A DNA stretch of 64,000 bases from a virus (lineage: Duplodnaviria; Heunggongvirae; Uroviricota; Caudoviricetes), in the IMG/VR virus record IMGVR_UViG_3300031344_000001, one strand, 5' to 3'. Both the position numbers and the translations under genes were made by a program. The notes under the pieces are model-generated. The model was not told where the DNA came from and made no database searches. It saw nothing but the letters and a program-made list of their open reading frames with translations. Below, in pieces: positions 40,113 to 49,583 of the stretch (position 1 is the stretch's first letter; every line of letters starts with the position of its first letter).

Positions 40113-41464
40113 ACCCCCGCATCTTCCGCGAGTACGACGTCCGCGGCGTCGCAGATCGCGACCTAACCGACGACGTCGCGCGCGCGATCGGCCTCGCGAT
40201 CGGAGAGCGCGCCATCGGCGGCACCGTCGCGGTCGGACGCGCCTGCCGCCTGTCGTCGCCGCGCCTCTTCGACGCGCTCACCGCTGGCGTGCGCGTCGTC
40301 GCCGACGTCCTGGACATCGGGATCGTACCGACGCCCGTCGCGTACTTCGCGCAGCAGCTCCTCGAGCCCGCGGCCACCGTGATGATCACCGGCAGCCACA
40401 ACCCGGCCGAGGACAACGGCTTCAAGGTCATGATCGGCCCAGACACGCTGCACGGCGCAGGGATCACCGCGATCGGCCGCCGCGCCGCGGAGCTGCTCGC
40501 AGCACCCCAGCGGAGTCCTCGCGGCACGGTCACCGTGACGAGCGTCAGCGAGGCGTACATCGCGCACGCGATCAGCGAACTTCGCCTCGGGCCACGCAAG
40601 CCCCGGATCGTCGTCGACGCGGGCAACGGCGCTGGAGGCCCCACCGCCGTCGCGCTCTACACCGAGATGGGCTTCGACGTCGTGCCCCTCTACTGCGACT
40701 TCGACGGGCGCTTTCCTCACCACCACCCCGACCCAACCCAGCCCGAGAACCTCTCGGACCTGATCACCGCGGTCACCTACTTCAACGCGGAGCTCGGCAT
40801 CGCGCTCGACGGTGACGCGGATCGCGTCGGCGCGGTCGACGCCACCGGCCGGATCCTGTGGGGCGACGAGCTGATGATCCTCCTCGGCAGGGCCCTGCTC
40901 GCGGAGGTGCCCGACGCATGCTTCGTCGCCGAGGTGAAGTGCAGCCAGTCCCTGTACGACGCGCTGCCGAGCTGCGAGATGTGGAAGGTCGGGCACTCGC
41001 TCATCAAGGAACGCATGCGCGAGACGGGCGCGCAGCTCGCCGGCGAACTATCAGGGCACCTCTTCTTCGCGCACCGGTGGCTGGGCTTCGACGACGGTAT
41101 CTACGCCGGTGCGCGGCTCCTGGAGTTAGTGTCGCGGAGCGAGCGAACGCTCGTCGATCTGGCCGCGGACCTACCCCGCATGACCAACACCCCCGAGATC
41201 CGGATCGACTGCCCCGACGAGGAGAAGTTCGGTGTCGTCGCGCGCGCGACGGAGAGCCTGCGCGGCGACCCCGCCGTCCAATCCGTCATCACGATCGATG
41301 GCGTGCGCGCGCGGTTCGCGGACGGCTGGGGACTGCTCCGCGCATCGAACACGCAGCCCGCACTCGTCATGCGCTGCGAGGCGCGGAACCTGGGAGCGCT
41401 CCGCGCGATCAAGACGATGATCGAGGAGCACGTCGCGCGCGCCCGCGAGACGGCTCCTCGATGA
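40109..41464 (+). CDS. algC: Phosphomannomutase/phosphoglucomutase (AlgC-like)
   Basis: IFREYDVRG, ITGSHNP, DGDADR, GELSGH, RASNTQP. Confidence 0.9.
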   Translation: MNPRIFREYDVRGVADRDLTDDVARAIGLAIGERAIGGTVAVGRACRLSSPRLFDALTAGVRVVADVLDIGIVPTPVAYFAQQLLEPAATVMITGSHNPAEDNGFKVMIGPDTLHGAGITAIGRRAAELLAAPQRSPRGTVTVTSVSEAYIAHAISELRLGPRKPRIVVDAGNGAGGPTAVALYTEMGFDVVPLYCDFDGRFPHHHPDPTQPENLSDLITAVTYFNAELGIALDGDADRVGAVDATGRILWGDELMILLGRALLAEVPDACFVAEVKCSQSLYDALPSCEMWKVGHSLIKERMRETGAQLAGELSGHLFFAHRWLGFDDGIYAGARLLELVSRSERTLVDLAADLPRMTNTPEIRIDCPDEEKFGVVARATESLRGDPAVQSVITIDGVRARFADGWGLLRASNTQPALVMRCEARNLGALRAIKTMIEEHVARARETAPR

Positions 41465-41560
41465 AAAGACCTGCGCAAAAAGAGAGTTGCTGAACTACGC
41501 GGTCACGAGGGTTGCGTGCCCTTCGTGACACGGTCGACGCTCGACGTCAGCAGCCCACGA

Positions 41561-41722
41561 TCAGCGACAGGCGTTGCAGTCGTGGTGCCGGAAGCCGCTG
41601 CACACGAGCACGTTCTTGAAGCTCGAGCAGGCGTTCGCGCCCGCGACGAAGGTGTTCTTCGCGCGCTTGCGGGACGACTTGCAGGAGCGGTTGCGACGAC
41701 GATCTTTGCAATTGCACGACAT
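41561..41722 (-). CDS. 53-aa Cys/Arg-rich peptide MSCNCKDRRR...FVAGANACSSFKNVLVC...
   Basis: Not in ORF track; TGGTAGACT-N6-ATG; shares FVAGAN.CS...NVLV with 41922-42131. Confidence 0.6.
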   Translation of the reverse strand: MSCNCKDRRRNRSCKSSRKRAKNTFVAGANACSSFKNVLVCSGFRHHDCNACR

Positions 41723-41921
41723 GAAGCCAGTCTACCAACAGCGATCCAGCAGGTCGAATTTCTTGCAAAGGTGCTGAGCACTTTTTTCCGAAGGCCCTCA
41801 GCGTGCGCCCAACTCTCCATCACCACACAAGAAGACGGCACGATCCTCAACTTGACCGACGAGTCGCGACAGCCTCAGCAAAAAAATCGACCCCCGCGAA
41901 GAGCGCTGGTACGTTCAAAAC

Positions 41922-42131
41922 ATGTCGGACTTCAGCGCCACGTTCGCGACGGACAACAACTGCACCGGCCTCAACACGGGGGGCGTCTCCGCGCTGTGCG
42001 CGGACAGCCAGACGTGCGGCAACTCGCTCAGGAACCTCAACAGGGGACGGCGTGCGCGCGCGCGGCGCTCCTTCGTCGCCGGAGCGAACTGCTGTAGCGG
42101 GCACGTGAACGTGCTCGTCGCCCGCCGCTGA
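41922..42131 (+). CDS. 69-aa Cys/Arg-rich peptide
   Basis: TGGTACGTT-N6-ATG; related to both flanking peptides. Confidence 0.65.
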   Translation: MSDFSATFATDNNCTGLNTGGVSALCADSQTCGNSLRNLNRGRRARARRSFVAGANCCSGHVNVLVARR

Positions 42132-42147
42132 CCGCGAGCCCCCGCGT

Positions 42148-42366
42148 TTGGAAGGCCGGCGCGCACGCGAGAACGCGCACGTGGTCGGGCTCTTCGTCGT
42201 CGAAACGAGGGGGCCTGACGACCGCTGGACGGCGTGCAGTACGCGCACCACCGCGAGCGCCGCGAGCGCCTGCGCGTGGGAGTTGCTCACGCGCGAAGGC
42301 GGTGAAGTGCGGATCCGCCAGGGCTCACACGTCGTCGCCGAGGGCTCGCGCGTGAGTCACCGCTAG
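42148..42366 (+). CDS. Hypothetical protein
   Basis: Short ORF only. Confidence 0.35.
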   Translation: MEGRRARENAHVVGLFVVETRGPDDRWTACSTRTTASAASACAWELLTREGGEVRIRQGSHVVAEGSRVSHR

Positions 42367-42405
42367 AAATTCGCCCCCACCGATCGCAGCTGGTAGGTTG
42401 AACGC

Positions 42406-42573
42406 ATGGCTGACTTCGCATCAATCTTTGCCCCGGCCCCCTGTTGCTACCTCGCGAACAGCGGTGGCACCAACATCACCCTCTGCAACGGAGGCAACTG
42501 CCCCGCAGGCGAGGGCCGCAGCTGCTGCGGCCGGAAGAAGTGCCACAAGCGCAAGCGCTGCAACTGCCACTAG
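42406..42573 (+). CDS. 55-aa Cys-rich peptide MADFASIFAPAPCCYLANSGG...CCGRKKCHKRKRCNCH
   Basis: Not in ORF track; TGGTAGGTT-N6-ATG; N-terminus similar to 41922-42131. Confidence 0.6.
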   Translation: MADFASIFAPAPCCYLANSGGTNITLCNGGNCPAGEGRSCCGRKKCHKRKRCNCH

Positions 42574-42603
42574 CCGCGCCGCAGCTCTGCTAGGATCGGC
42601 GCC

Positions 42604-42831
42604 GTGACACCCGGGACCACACTCGTGCTGCTCGGCCTCGGCCTCGGCGCACTAGTCGTCACCGGTCCATCGACGCCCCAGCCGTCGCTCCGAGCACGGG
42701 CAGACGCGCTGCGCACGCTGACCATCACGGCGCAGCGCAACTCCGCCTCCGCGGCACAGCTCGCGCGCGACTTCAGGGCGCGGTGGAGCGCCGCCGAGGA
42801 CGCTGCGCGTCGGCAAGAGGACCACGGATGA
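42604..42831 (+). CDS. Small membrane protein
   Basis: N-terminal TM; TAGGAT-N7-GTG. Confidence 0.55.
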   Translation: MTPGTTLVLLGLGLGALVVTGPSTPQPSLRARADALRTLTITAQRNSASAAQLARDFRARWSAAEDAARRQEDHG

Positions 42832-42891
42832 CGACGAAGGCACCGCTCGACCTCGGCGACTTCGTGCACGCCTACACGGAAGGGTACTGAC

Positions 42892-43347
42892 GTGAGTGAC
42901 TTGCACGAACGCGCCGCGCGCGCGCTGGGCTGGAGCGTGCACGACACGCAGTCGATGTCGATGCAGGCCCTGCGCGAAGTCGTCCGCCCCGTCGACCCCG
43001 CGCTCGCACGCGAGATGGACTTCCTGATCCAGTCCGGCGCGTACGTCCGCGGCGAGCCCCTGATGTCCTCGGGGAAACGCCGTGCAAGACGCTCCCACGC
43101 GACGATCGGCGAGACGGCCGGCGGCACGAAGATCTGGCAGCGTGTCGACTGGAAGGCGCCGGGCGCAACGGAGCCGCTCAAGTACACCTGGAAGCTCGTG
43201 CGCCCACACGTCCGCGCCGACGAGGTCGAGGAGTGGCTCAAGATCTATCGTGACGACCACCCGGGCGTCATGTTCGTCGCAGACCCCACGAAACCGCGCG
43301 CGAAGAAGGGTCCGAAGATCATGCGCGGCCCCGGTTCGGACTACTGA
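42892..43347 (+). CDS. Two-domain small protein with SHAT linker
   Basis: 151-aa ORF. Confidence 0.65.
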   Translation: MSDLHERAARALGWSVHDTQSMSMQALREVVRPVDPALAREMDFLIQSGAYVRGEPLMSSGKRRARRSHATIGETAGGTKIWQRVDWKAPGATEPLKYTWKLVRPHVRADEVEEWLKIYRDDHPGVMFVADPTKPRAKKGPKIMRGPGSDY

Positions 43348-43357
43348 GGAGAGCACG

Positions 43358-44122
43358 ATGCCCCGCTACGAAGTGATCGAATCCAAGGCGTGGAAGCGCG
43401 ACGACGGCCGCACCGCTAGCCTCTACGGCGCGGTGCCGTGGACATCCTCAAGCGAGGAGGCGCGCTGGAAGGTGGTCACACGCGGCTACACGATCCGCGA
43501 CAACGTGAGTGGCACCGTCGGCGTCGGTCGAAAGCCGTGGGAGACGCGCGCCGAGGCGCAGGCATGGGCGGACAAGGCAAACGAGCGCGTCGCCGGCGTG
43601 CGCGCCCACTCCACCAAGCGCACCTCACCAAGCGACCTCCGCGAGTTCCGCGGCTTCCTCCGCAACGCGACCGATCGCCAGGTCCAGGGCATCTACGACA
43701 AGGAGCAGAGCGCCGGCCGCGACGAGTACGCCGAGCTGGCCGTCGAGGAGGCCGAGCGGCGTGGGATCTTCCTGGAGCGGGAAGACCACGCGCGCAAGAA
43801 GGCCCACGTCTGCGCGACGCACGCCTGCAAGATGTCGCACGCGCACGCGACGGTGACGACGAAGGCCCCTGCCCTCAAGTTGGAGCAGCGCTACCTGATC
43901 GACGCGACCCTCACGCGCTATGGAGCCACGCTCACTGAGGATGGATTCATCGCAAAGCCGGCTGACAAACCAACAAACGTACAAGTTGGAATATCAAAAG
44001 GACGTATGCGCATGTCTGGCAGAGGAGTCGAGCTTGCCAGTTATCCAACCTCACGCATCGAGGCGGGCGTGAAAGACTTCGTGGAGAACTTTTGGTTCTG
44101 GAAGCCGACAGCTTCGATATAG
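43358..44122 (+). CDS. Three-domain small protein with AHST / DHAR / HAHAT linkers
   Basis: GAGGAG RBS; last domain lower GC. Confidence 0.7.
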   Translation: MPRYEVIESKAWKRDDGRTASLYGAVPWTSSSEEARWKVVTRGYTIRDNVSGTVGVGRKPWETRAEAQAWADKANERVAGVRAHSTKRTSPSDLREFRGFLRNATDRQVQGIYDKEQSAGRDEYAELAVEEAERRGIFLEREDHARKKAHVCATHACKMSHAHATVTTKAPALKLEQRYLIDATLTRYGATLTEDGFIAKPADKPTNVQVGISKGRMRMSGRGVELASYPTSRIEAGVKDFVENFWFWKPTASI

Positions 44123-44371
44123 GCGGCACGCGCTGATCGCGAGATCGCGCAGCCCGCAACGCGAAGATGCCATGAAGCCCTACCAAGATCCTATCGCCTG
44201 GGCAGCCTACGCCTGGACCAACCACCTCGGCCGATGGGCGAGCGTCCGTCGCGAGTGCAGACGTCGACACCCGCGATCCGTCGCGCGCGTCGTGTTCGCC
44301 CTCGCCAGCATGATCCAGTGACCTCGGCGCGAGGTCACGCCTGATGGCGGACTCGCGTAGACTCGGCGGCG

Positions 44372-44854
44372 ATGACGCCACCATGCATCACCGATCGCGT
44401 GACGACCGCCGCTTGCAGCATTCGCGCGCTGGTCGCAGTGGTCGCAATAGTCACGGGATGCAGCAGCGATTTCGAGTTCCAGGTTGCCGTCAGCTACGAC
44501 GGCGTCGACGCGGTGACTCTCGACGGGAGCCCGGCGGACGACCCCACGGTGATCACGACGACGTTCGCGCGCTACAGCGAAGCGTGCGGCGTCGCGTACG
44601 CCTTTGACGTCACGTACCAGACAGCCACCACCACGGTCTCCATTTCTCCGTGTTCCTGTGGTGGCGGACCGGGCCCCGTCTCGAGCACCCCGTTCAACGA
44701 CGTCACGAGCGAGGACGACGGTTACCGTATCTACGTCAAGGATGGCGCGATCGCCGTCTGGGGTGAGGGTGGGTGCAGCAACGGTGCGACGCGCTGCTCG
44801 TGGCGCACCGGCGAGATCGACGACGACTGCGGAGCGCTCGGGAGCGACCAGTGA
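44372..44854 (+). CDS. Putative lipoprotein
   Basis: Hydrophobic stretch ending VTGC (lipobox-like); Cys pairs. Confidence 0.5.
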   Translation: MTPPCITDRVTTAACSIRALVAVVAIVTGCSSDFEFQVAVSYDGVDAVTLDGSPADDPTVITTTFARYSEACGVAYAFDVTYQTATTTVSISPCSCGGGPGPVSSTPFNDVTSEDDGYRIYVKDGAIAVWGEGGCSNGATRCSWRTGEIDDDCGALGSDQ

Positions 44855-44891
44855 GCCGCAACATCGCCAAGAACGACGCGACGGCCAAGAT

Positions 44892-45083
44892 ATGGGACGA
44901 TCACCTCGGGAACAACACGCCTTCGTCCAGCACCGCGACCAATGCGTGAGTTGCCTGGCGGCGTACCAAGCACGGGGGCTTGGACAAGCGGCTGCCGGGT
45001 GTCCCGACGGAGAACGCATCTTCAACGAGATGATCGACGAGATCTGCACTCAAATGGATGAGGCGATCGAGAACCAGAACTGA
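44892..45083 (+). CDS. Small hypothetical protein
   Basis: H..QC..C...GC pattern. Confidence 0.45.
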   Translation: MGRSPREQHAFVQHRDQCVSCLAAYQARGLGQAAAGCPDGERIFNEMIDEICTQMDEAIENQN

Positions 45084-45109
45084 CGTGCGGATCCAGTAGG
45101 ATGGGACCC

Positions 45110-45724
45110 ATGAACGTTGTCACCTTCGACCCGCGGACCGGGCAGCCGCTGTGGGTCGAGATCAAGCTCGGCACCATCGGCACCAGCGAGAGCAAGGGCC
45201 TCATGTTCGCGCACACGGCGCACGTGTGCCCCGCCTGCGTGGAGGACCTCTCGCGCCTTCTGCCCGACGCCCGCGATTTCTTGGGGTCGTTCGTGACGCG
45301 CGAAGCGACGATCGCCCTGCCGCCGTCACCCCCCGTCCCGGCAGACATGTCCGTCACGACATCGACGGGCACGCTCGAGGCACCGTTCAAGATCGTGAGG
45401 TTCGAGGTCGATGACGAAGATGCCTGGGTGATCAACGACGTCAGGATCAAGGACGGCCACTCGATGGCGTCCATCTTCAACGAGAGCAAGGCGCTCAGCG
45501 TCGCAGAAGTCAACGCGGACGTGAGCGCGTTCACCGCCGCTCAAATCGGCCAGAACATCAGCATCATCATGACGCCGAAAGACCTCGAAGATTCGACTCG
45601 TCGGTATCACGACGGGGTGGCCGCCGCTCTCAGGCGGCGACGCGGCGACAGCGGCGACCTAGCAGTACCCGCGCGGCGCGCTGACAACGTCAACGTCAGC
45701 CCTTCGTACGCCGCACGAGCTTGA
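45110..45724 (+). CDS. Hypothetical protein with highly diverged capsid-like beta domain
   Basis: PFKIVRFEV...AWVINDVRI...AAQIGQNISII aligns to FKIGRFVI...WIVNDIKI...AAQTAMDVVVV. Confidence 0.55.
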   Translation: MNVVTFDPRTGQPLWVEIKLGTIGTSESKGLMFAHTAHVCPACVEDLSRLLPDARDFLGSFVTREATIALPPSPPVPADMSVTTSTGTLEAPFKIVRFEVDDEDAWVINDVRIKDGHSMASIFNESKALSVAEVNADVSAFTAAQIGQNISIIMTPKDLEDSTRRYHDGVAAALRRRRGDSGDLAVPARRADNVNVSPSYAARA

Positions 45725-45890
45725 AGGCCCCCTTCTCGAAGGCTTCGGCCAGGGCCAGGACCTTCACCCCGAGCTTGACGGCCTCCTCATCACGACGACC
45801 CAAGAGCGCTGACGGTCGATCGATGACGCGCTTGGCGATTGCCACCGCCTCTCGCATGTACACGCGCGGATCGTCGCTGACCTTGCCCAT
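45696..45890 (-). CDS. Small hypothetical protein
   Basis: TAGGAT-N6-ATG. Confidence 0.55.
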   Translation of the reverse strand: MGKVSDDPRVYMREAVAIAKRVIDRPSALLGRRDEEAVKLGVKVLALAEAFEKGAFKLVRRTKG

Positions 45891-45947
45891 GCGCGCATCC
45901 TACACGCGAAACTGGCGGCGCCGCCACCGCGCGACGTACCGTGACCC

Positions 45948-46799
45948 ATGGCGACCATCGGCATCGACATCGCGAGCGTAGACGGCAACGGCACCCCCGA
46001 CTGGAGCGCGGCCGTGCAGCAAGGGCACCTGCGTTTCGTCGGCCTCCGCGCCGTGTACGGCGTGACGCCGGACCCGTGGTACCCGACCTACGTCAACCAG
46101 CTCGACGCGCGCGGCATCCCGCACTTCCCGTACCTCATCATGACGCCCAACCTCGACACCCCCGAGGCCCAGGCGCAGAAGGCCCTCGCCGTCGTCGGCA
46201 CGCTCAACAACCACTACTTCCCGCTCGCGCTCGATGTCGAGGGCAATCGCAACGGGCTCACCGCGGCGCAGTGGCTCGACTGGGTCACGCGCGCGTACCA
46301 CGTGATCAAGTCCGCGCTCGGCGTGCCGCCGCTGCTCTACACGTCGCAAGAATACTGGGTCGACCCCGACGGCATGGACAACCTGCCGGCACCCGAGCTC
46401 GCCGACTGCGCGGGGTGGTGGAAATACTGGCCGTGGGCCGTCCACTCGAAGGCCGTCTACGACCCGGCTGTCGTCGACAAGCTCGCGGCACCGCCGGCAC
46501 CGCCACCATGGAAGGGCGCCTGGATTCTCCAGCAGTACATGGGGGACGCGCTCGGCTACCCTGGCTTCAAGTCGACGACGGACATGGACCGACTGAACGT
46601 GCAGAAGCAGGGCGCCACCGGCGCGAGCGTCGAGTGGGTGCAGCGTCGACTCCCCGGGCTCACCGTCGACGGTGTCTTCGGTCCCGCGACCACCGACGCC
46701 GTGAAGGCGTTCCAGACGCTCAAGAAGATCGCTGCGGACGGTATCGTCGGACTCGACACCGCGCAGTTGCTCGCGTGGGTCCCGCCACGCACGGCATGA
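45948..46799 (+). CDS. GH25 muramidase (endolysin) with C-terminal peptidoglycan-binding domain
   Basis: GIDIAS..G..DW, LALDVE, PLLYT, QY; VDGVFGPAT..AVKAFQ...ADGIVG. Confidence 0.85.
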   Translation: MATIGIDIASVDGNGTPDWSAAVQQGHLRFVGLRAVYGVTPDPWYPTYVNQLDARGIPHFPYLIMTPNLDTPEAQAQKALAVVGTLNNHYFPLALDVEGNRNGLTAAQWLDWVTRAYHVIKSALGVPPLLYTSQEYWVDPDGMDNLPAPELADCAGWWKYWPWAVHSKAVYDPAVVDKLAAPPAPPPWKGAWILQQYMGDALGYPGFKSTTDMDRLNVQKQGATGASVEWVQRRLPGLTVDGVFGPATTDAVKAFQTLKKIAADGIVGLDTAQLLAWVPPRTA

Positions 46800-46811
46800 T
46801 AGCCTCGGCGA

Positions 46812-46982
46812 ATGGGCTCCGACTTGACCGCCGACGAACTCGAAGCTCTCACGCGGAGTGCGGCGACGCAGCTGTCCCAGACGTCACCGCTCTTGAGCGT
46901 GCACGTCCTGCGCCTCATCTCCGAGGTCCAGCGCCGACGGATCAACGAGCGCGCCTGCACAAGTTGCGGCACTCCGCGATGA
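46812..46982 (+). CDS. Small hypothetical protein (MGSDLTADEL...)
   Basis: TAGCCT-N6-ATG; below ORF-track cutoff. Confidence 0.5.
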   Translation: MGSDLTADELEALTRSAATQLSQTSPLLSVHVLRLISEVQRRRINERACTSCGTPR

Positions 46983-47009
46983 GCCCATCGACCGTGGTAG
47001 CCTCGGCGC

Positions 47010-47306
47010 ATGAGCTTCTGGAAGTTGTTCCGCGCCTCGAAGCAACCGCGCGAGCAGCCGCCACTGCCACGCTTCCAGACGCGCCGCCCCGCGCAGACAA
47101 CCGAAGAGGTCACGCCCGGAGAAGTCACGGGCGCCACGATCACCGACGAGCAGATCCGCCAGCTACTGAACGAGGACTGGCTCTCCGAGTGGGAGGCCCG
47201 CGGCGCCTTCAGGTACGCGCTTGATCGCGAAGAAGCGTCGGACCCGCGCAGAGCACGCGCCTACGCAGCGGAAGTCTTCAACCGCTACCTAGCGGCGCGT
47301 ACGTAG
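47010..47306 (+). CDS. Hypothetical protein (TITDEQI family)
   Basis: TGGTAGCCT-N6-ATG; similar to 30065-30262. Confidence 0.6.
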   Translation: MSFWKLFRASKQPREQPPLPRFQTRRPAQTTEEVTPGEVTGATITDEQIRQLLNEDWLSEWEARGAFRYALDREEASDPRRARAYAAEVFNRYLAART

Positions 47307-47315
47307 GAAGATGCT

Positions 47316-47516
47316 GTGAAACTCTTCTTGCGTCACAAGAACGGGTTGACCCACATGCTCGGCGAGAGACCCACGACCAAGCTCAAGCGTGAACTCGCCG
47401 CCGGACGAGGAGGTCCAGAGATCACGAAGCTCGTCATGAACGAGTACACAGGCTTCCTGGGACCCGACGGCGAAGAATGGCCGCTGGACGCGCTGACCGC
47501 CGAGATGATCAAATGA
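47316..47516 (+). CDS. Hypothetical protein
   Basis: AGGAAG upstream; coupled downstream. Confidence 0.5.
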   Translation: MKLFLRHKNGLTHMLGERPTTKLKRELAAGRGGPEITKLVMNEYTGFLGPDGEEWPLDALTAEMIK

Positions 47517-47938
47517 ACCCCCAGCTGCGCAGAGGCCCGACGAAGACGAAGAAGGCCGCGTACACTCGCTCGACCACCATCGTCGGCGTCTATCGCAGCG
47601 CTTTACCCGACGAAGACGAAGACGGCACGTCGGGGCTCGACAGCGCGTCAGGCAAGCCCATCAGGATTCGCGCTACGTACGGCGACCTCGTGCACCTGCT
47701 AGGCAACCCGAACGGCCGCAGCTCCGAGCAGACCACGAGCGCCTGGGTGCTCCGCAAAGACGGCGGCGCGTTCACGGTCTACGACTACAAGGCGACGTCG
47801 AAGTACGACCCCGAAGACCTCCCCTCCGTCACCGAGTTCCGCAAGAAGCCATACGACTGGCACGTGGGGACTGACGGAAGCGACGGAGCTGCGCAGGGTG
47901 CCGCCCTGGTGAAGAAGGCCGTCGCGAAGCTGCGCTGA
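47513..47938 (+). CDS. Phage-type hypothetical protein
   Basis: I.ATY.DLV..LG.P...W......FTVYDYK...YDWHVG pattern. Confidence 0.6.
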   Translation: MNPQLRRGPTKTKKAAYTRSTTIVGVYRSALPDEDEDGTSGLDSASGKPIRIRATYGDLVHLLGNPNGRSSEQTTSAWVLRKDGGAFTVYDYKATSKYDPEDLPSVTEFRKKPYDWHVGTDGSDGAAQGAALVKKAVAKLR

Positions 47939-48016
47939 TCTAGCGCTGACCACAGCGGTCAGGTAACGCCGGGGCGGTGACTCGCGGTCACGGCCCCACC
48001 CAGGTACTGGTGAGAA

Positions 48017-48367
48017 ATGTCCAAGATCCCAACAGCTATTGTTGATAAGGCCGGCGTGGGCAACCAGGTCGTGCGTGTCTACCTGTCTGGATCGCCGTGC
48101 TCGCGGTGCGGCTGTTTCGAGAACCAGGACCTCGTAGGCGTGGGCTGGTGTTGCTACTGCTGCGGCGGCGTAACGACTAAGCGCCACAGCCCCTGTGAGG
48201 AGGACGACCGCCGAGGGCTCGTCGGCCTCGAAGGAACAGGCACGGACGGTCACGGGATGCTCGGGGCGAGCCAGCGATGCAAAGCCGGCCAAATCGTCCA
48301 CAGGCACAGCCAGGATTATCTCAATAACCGAGGCGCCTTCCGCGCCGTCGAAGTCGTCTACGACTGA
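48017..48367 (+). CDS. Cys-rich hypothetical protein
   Basis: ORF only, lower GC. Confidence 0.4.
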   Translation: MSKIPTAIVDKAGVGNQVVRVYLSGSPCSRCGCFENQDLVGVGWCCYCCGGVTTKRHSPCEEDDRRGLVGLEGTGTDGHGMLGASQRCKAGQIVHRHSQDYLNNRGAFRAVEVVYD

Positions 48368-48442
48368 GGCGTGATCCGAGATCGCGAGCACCTCGGGTAG
48401 CGCCAGACCAACGATCGCACGGGACGCTTCAGACGCGGAAGC

Positions 48443-48985
48443 CTACTTCGCTCTGGCAACGACGACCAGCGCCGGACGCAGCAGGCGACCGCCCATCTTG
48501 TAGCCCCGCTGGAGCACCTGGACGATCGTCCCCGGCGCCGCGTCGTACTCCAGCTGCGAGATCGCCTCGTGCAGGTTCGGATCGAACGGCTGGTTGAGCG
48601 CCTCGACCGGCGTGACCTCGAGACGCTCGAACGCGGTCAGCAGCTGACGGAGCACGAGCTGCACGCCCTCGATCAGCGGTGCGCTCTTGGAGACGTCATT
48701 CATCTGCGCGGCGGCGTGCTCGATCGCGCGCTCCAGGTTGTCGACGACCGGCAGCAGCTCCTTGAGCGCGTTGCAGCGCGCGTCGACCTTGGCGTCATCG
48801 ACCTCGCGGCGCTGCCTCTTGCGCAGATTCTCGAGGTCGGCAGCCGCCCGCAGGTAGCGGTCCCAGTGGGCCTTCTTCTCCTCCTCAGCCGCGGCGAGTT
48901 GCGTCTTGAGAGCGCCGATGTCGTCGGGCAGATCATCAGGCGCGTTGGCACTACCGGGCGCTTCGGCGGGGGAATCGGGACTCAT
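48443..48985 (-). CDS. grpE: Nucleotide exchange factor GrpE
   Basis: [48 protein letters not shown]. Confidence 0.92.
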   Translation of the reverse strand: MSPDSPAEAPGSANAPDDLPDDIGALKTQLAAAEEEKKAHWDRYLRAAADLENLRKRQRREVDDAKVDARCNALKELLPVVDNLERAIEHAAAQMNDVSKSAPLIEGVQLVLRQLLTAFERLEVTPVEALNQPFDPNLHEAISQLEYDAAPGTIVQVLQRGYKMGGRLLRPALVVVARAK

Positions 48986-49053
48986 CCATCGCAAGATAGC
49001 GACGATCGGTCCTGCAAACCAGCTCGGTGCGCAACACCGTCGCAAGGCCGGAG

Positions 49054-49536
49054 CTAGCCCACGATCGCGCGGACCGAGTCGATCGGCAGCACCAGCCGCC
49101 CGACACCGGCGACGGATCTCCCAATCAGCGCGGCCTGGAACCGCGCGCCACGTGGGTCGTCCCCGACGTAACGCACGCGGAAGCGGATCTCGACGCCCGC
49201 GGACGCCGTGTCGAACGAGAGTACCGGGGTCGGAGCGTCCGAGACGAACAGCTCGGCAGGAAGAGCCTGCACGACGTGCGCCGCCGCGCCCACGCGGATG
49301 TCCTCGATCACGAAGAGCGCTGCGGTCGCGGGGTGCACGACGAGGCGCTCTGGACGGAACGCCGCGTCGGGCACCACGACGATGTCCGCCGCGGTCGGCG
49401 CCTGGTCTGGGGTCTCCTGCTCGGCGACCAGGTCGCGCTCGAGGCTCTCCAGGACCCGCGCAAGCTTGCGCGGGAAGAGCAGCCCCACGGAGACGGCGCC
49501 GACGCCCTTGAGGAAAGATCGGCGTGTGAGGTCCAC
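49054..49536 (-). CDS. Tat-signal protein carrying a diverged capsid-like beta domain
   Basis: MDLTRRSFLKG Tat motif; FRPERLVV...FVIEDIRVG...PAELF...FDTASAGVEIRFRVRYVG...G.RFQAALIG. Confidence 0.6.
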   Translation of the reverse strand: MDLTRRSFLKGVGAVSVGLLFPRKLARVLESLERDLVAEQETPDQAPTAADIVVVPDAAFRPERLVVHPATAALFVIEDIRVGAAAHVVQALPAELFVSDAPTPVLSFDTASAGVEIRFRVRYVGDDPRGARFQAALIGRSVAGVGRLVLPIDSVRAIVG

Positions 49537-49583
49537 ACACGCATCATCGCCCAGCGCCTCACCGGACGCCAGTCGTGCCCGCG

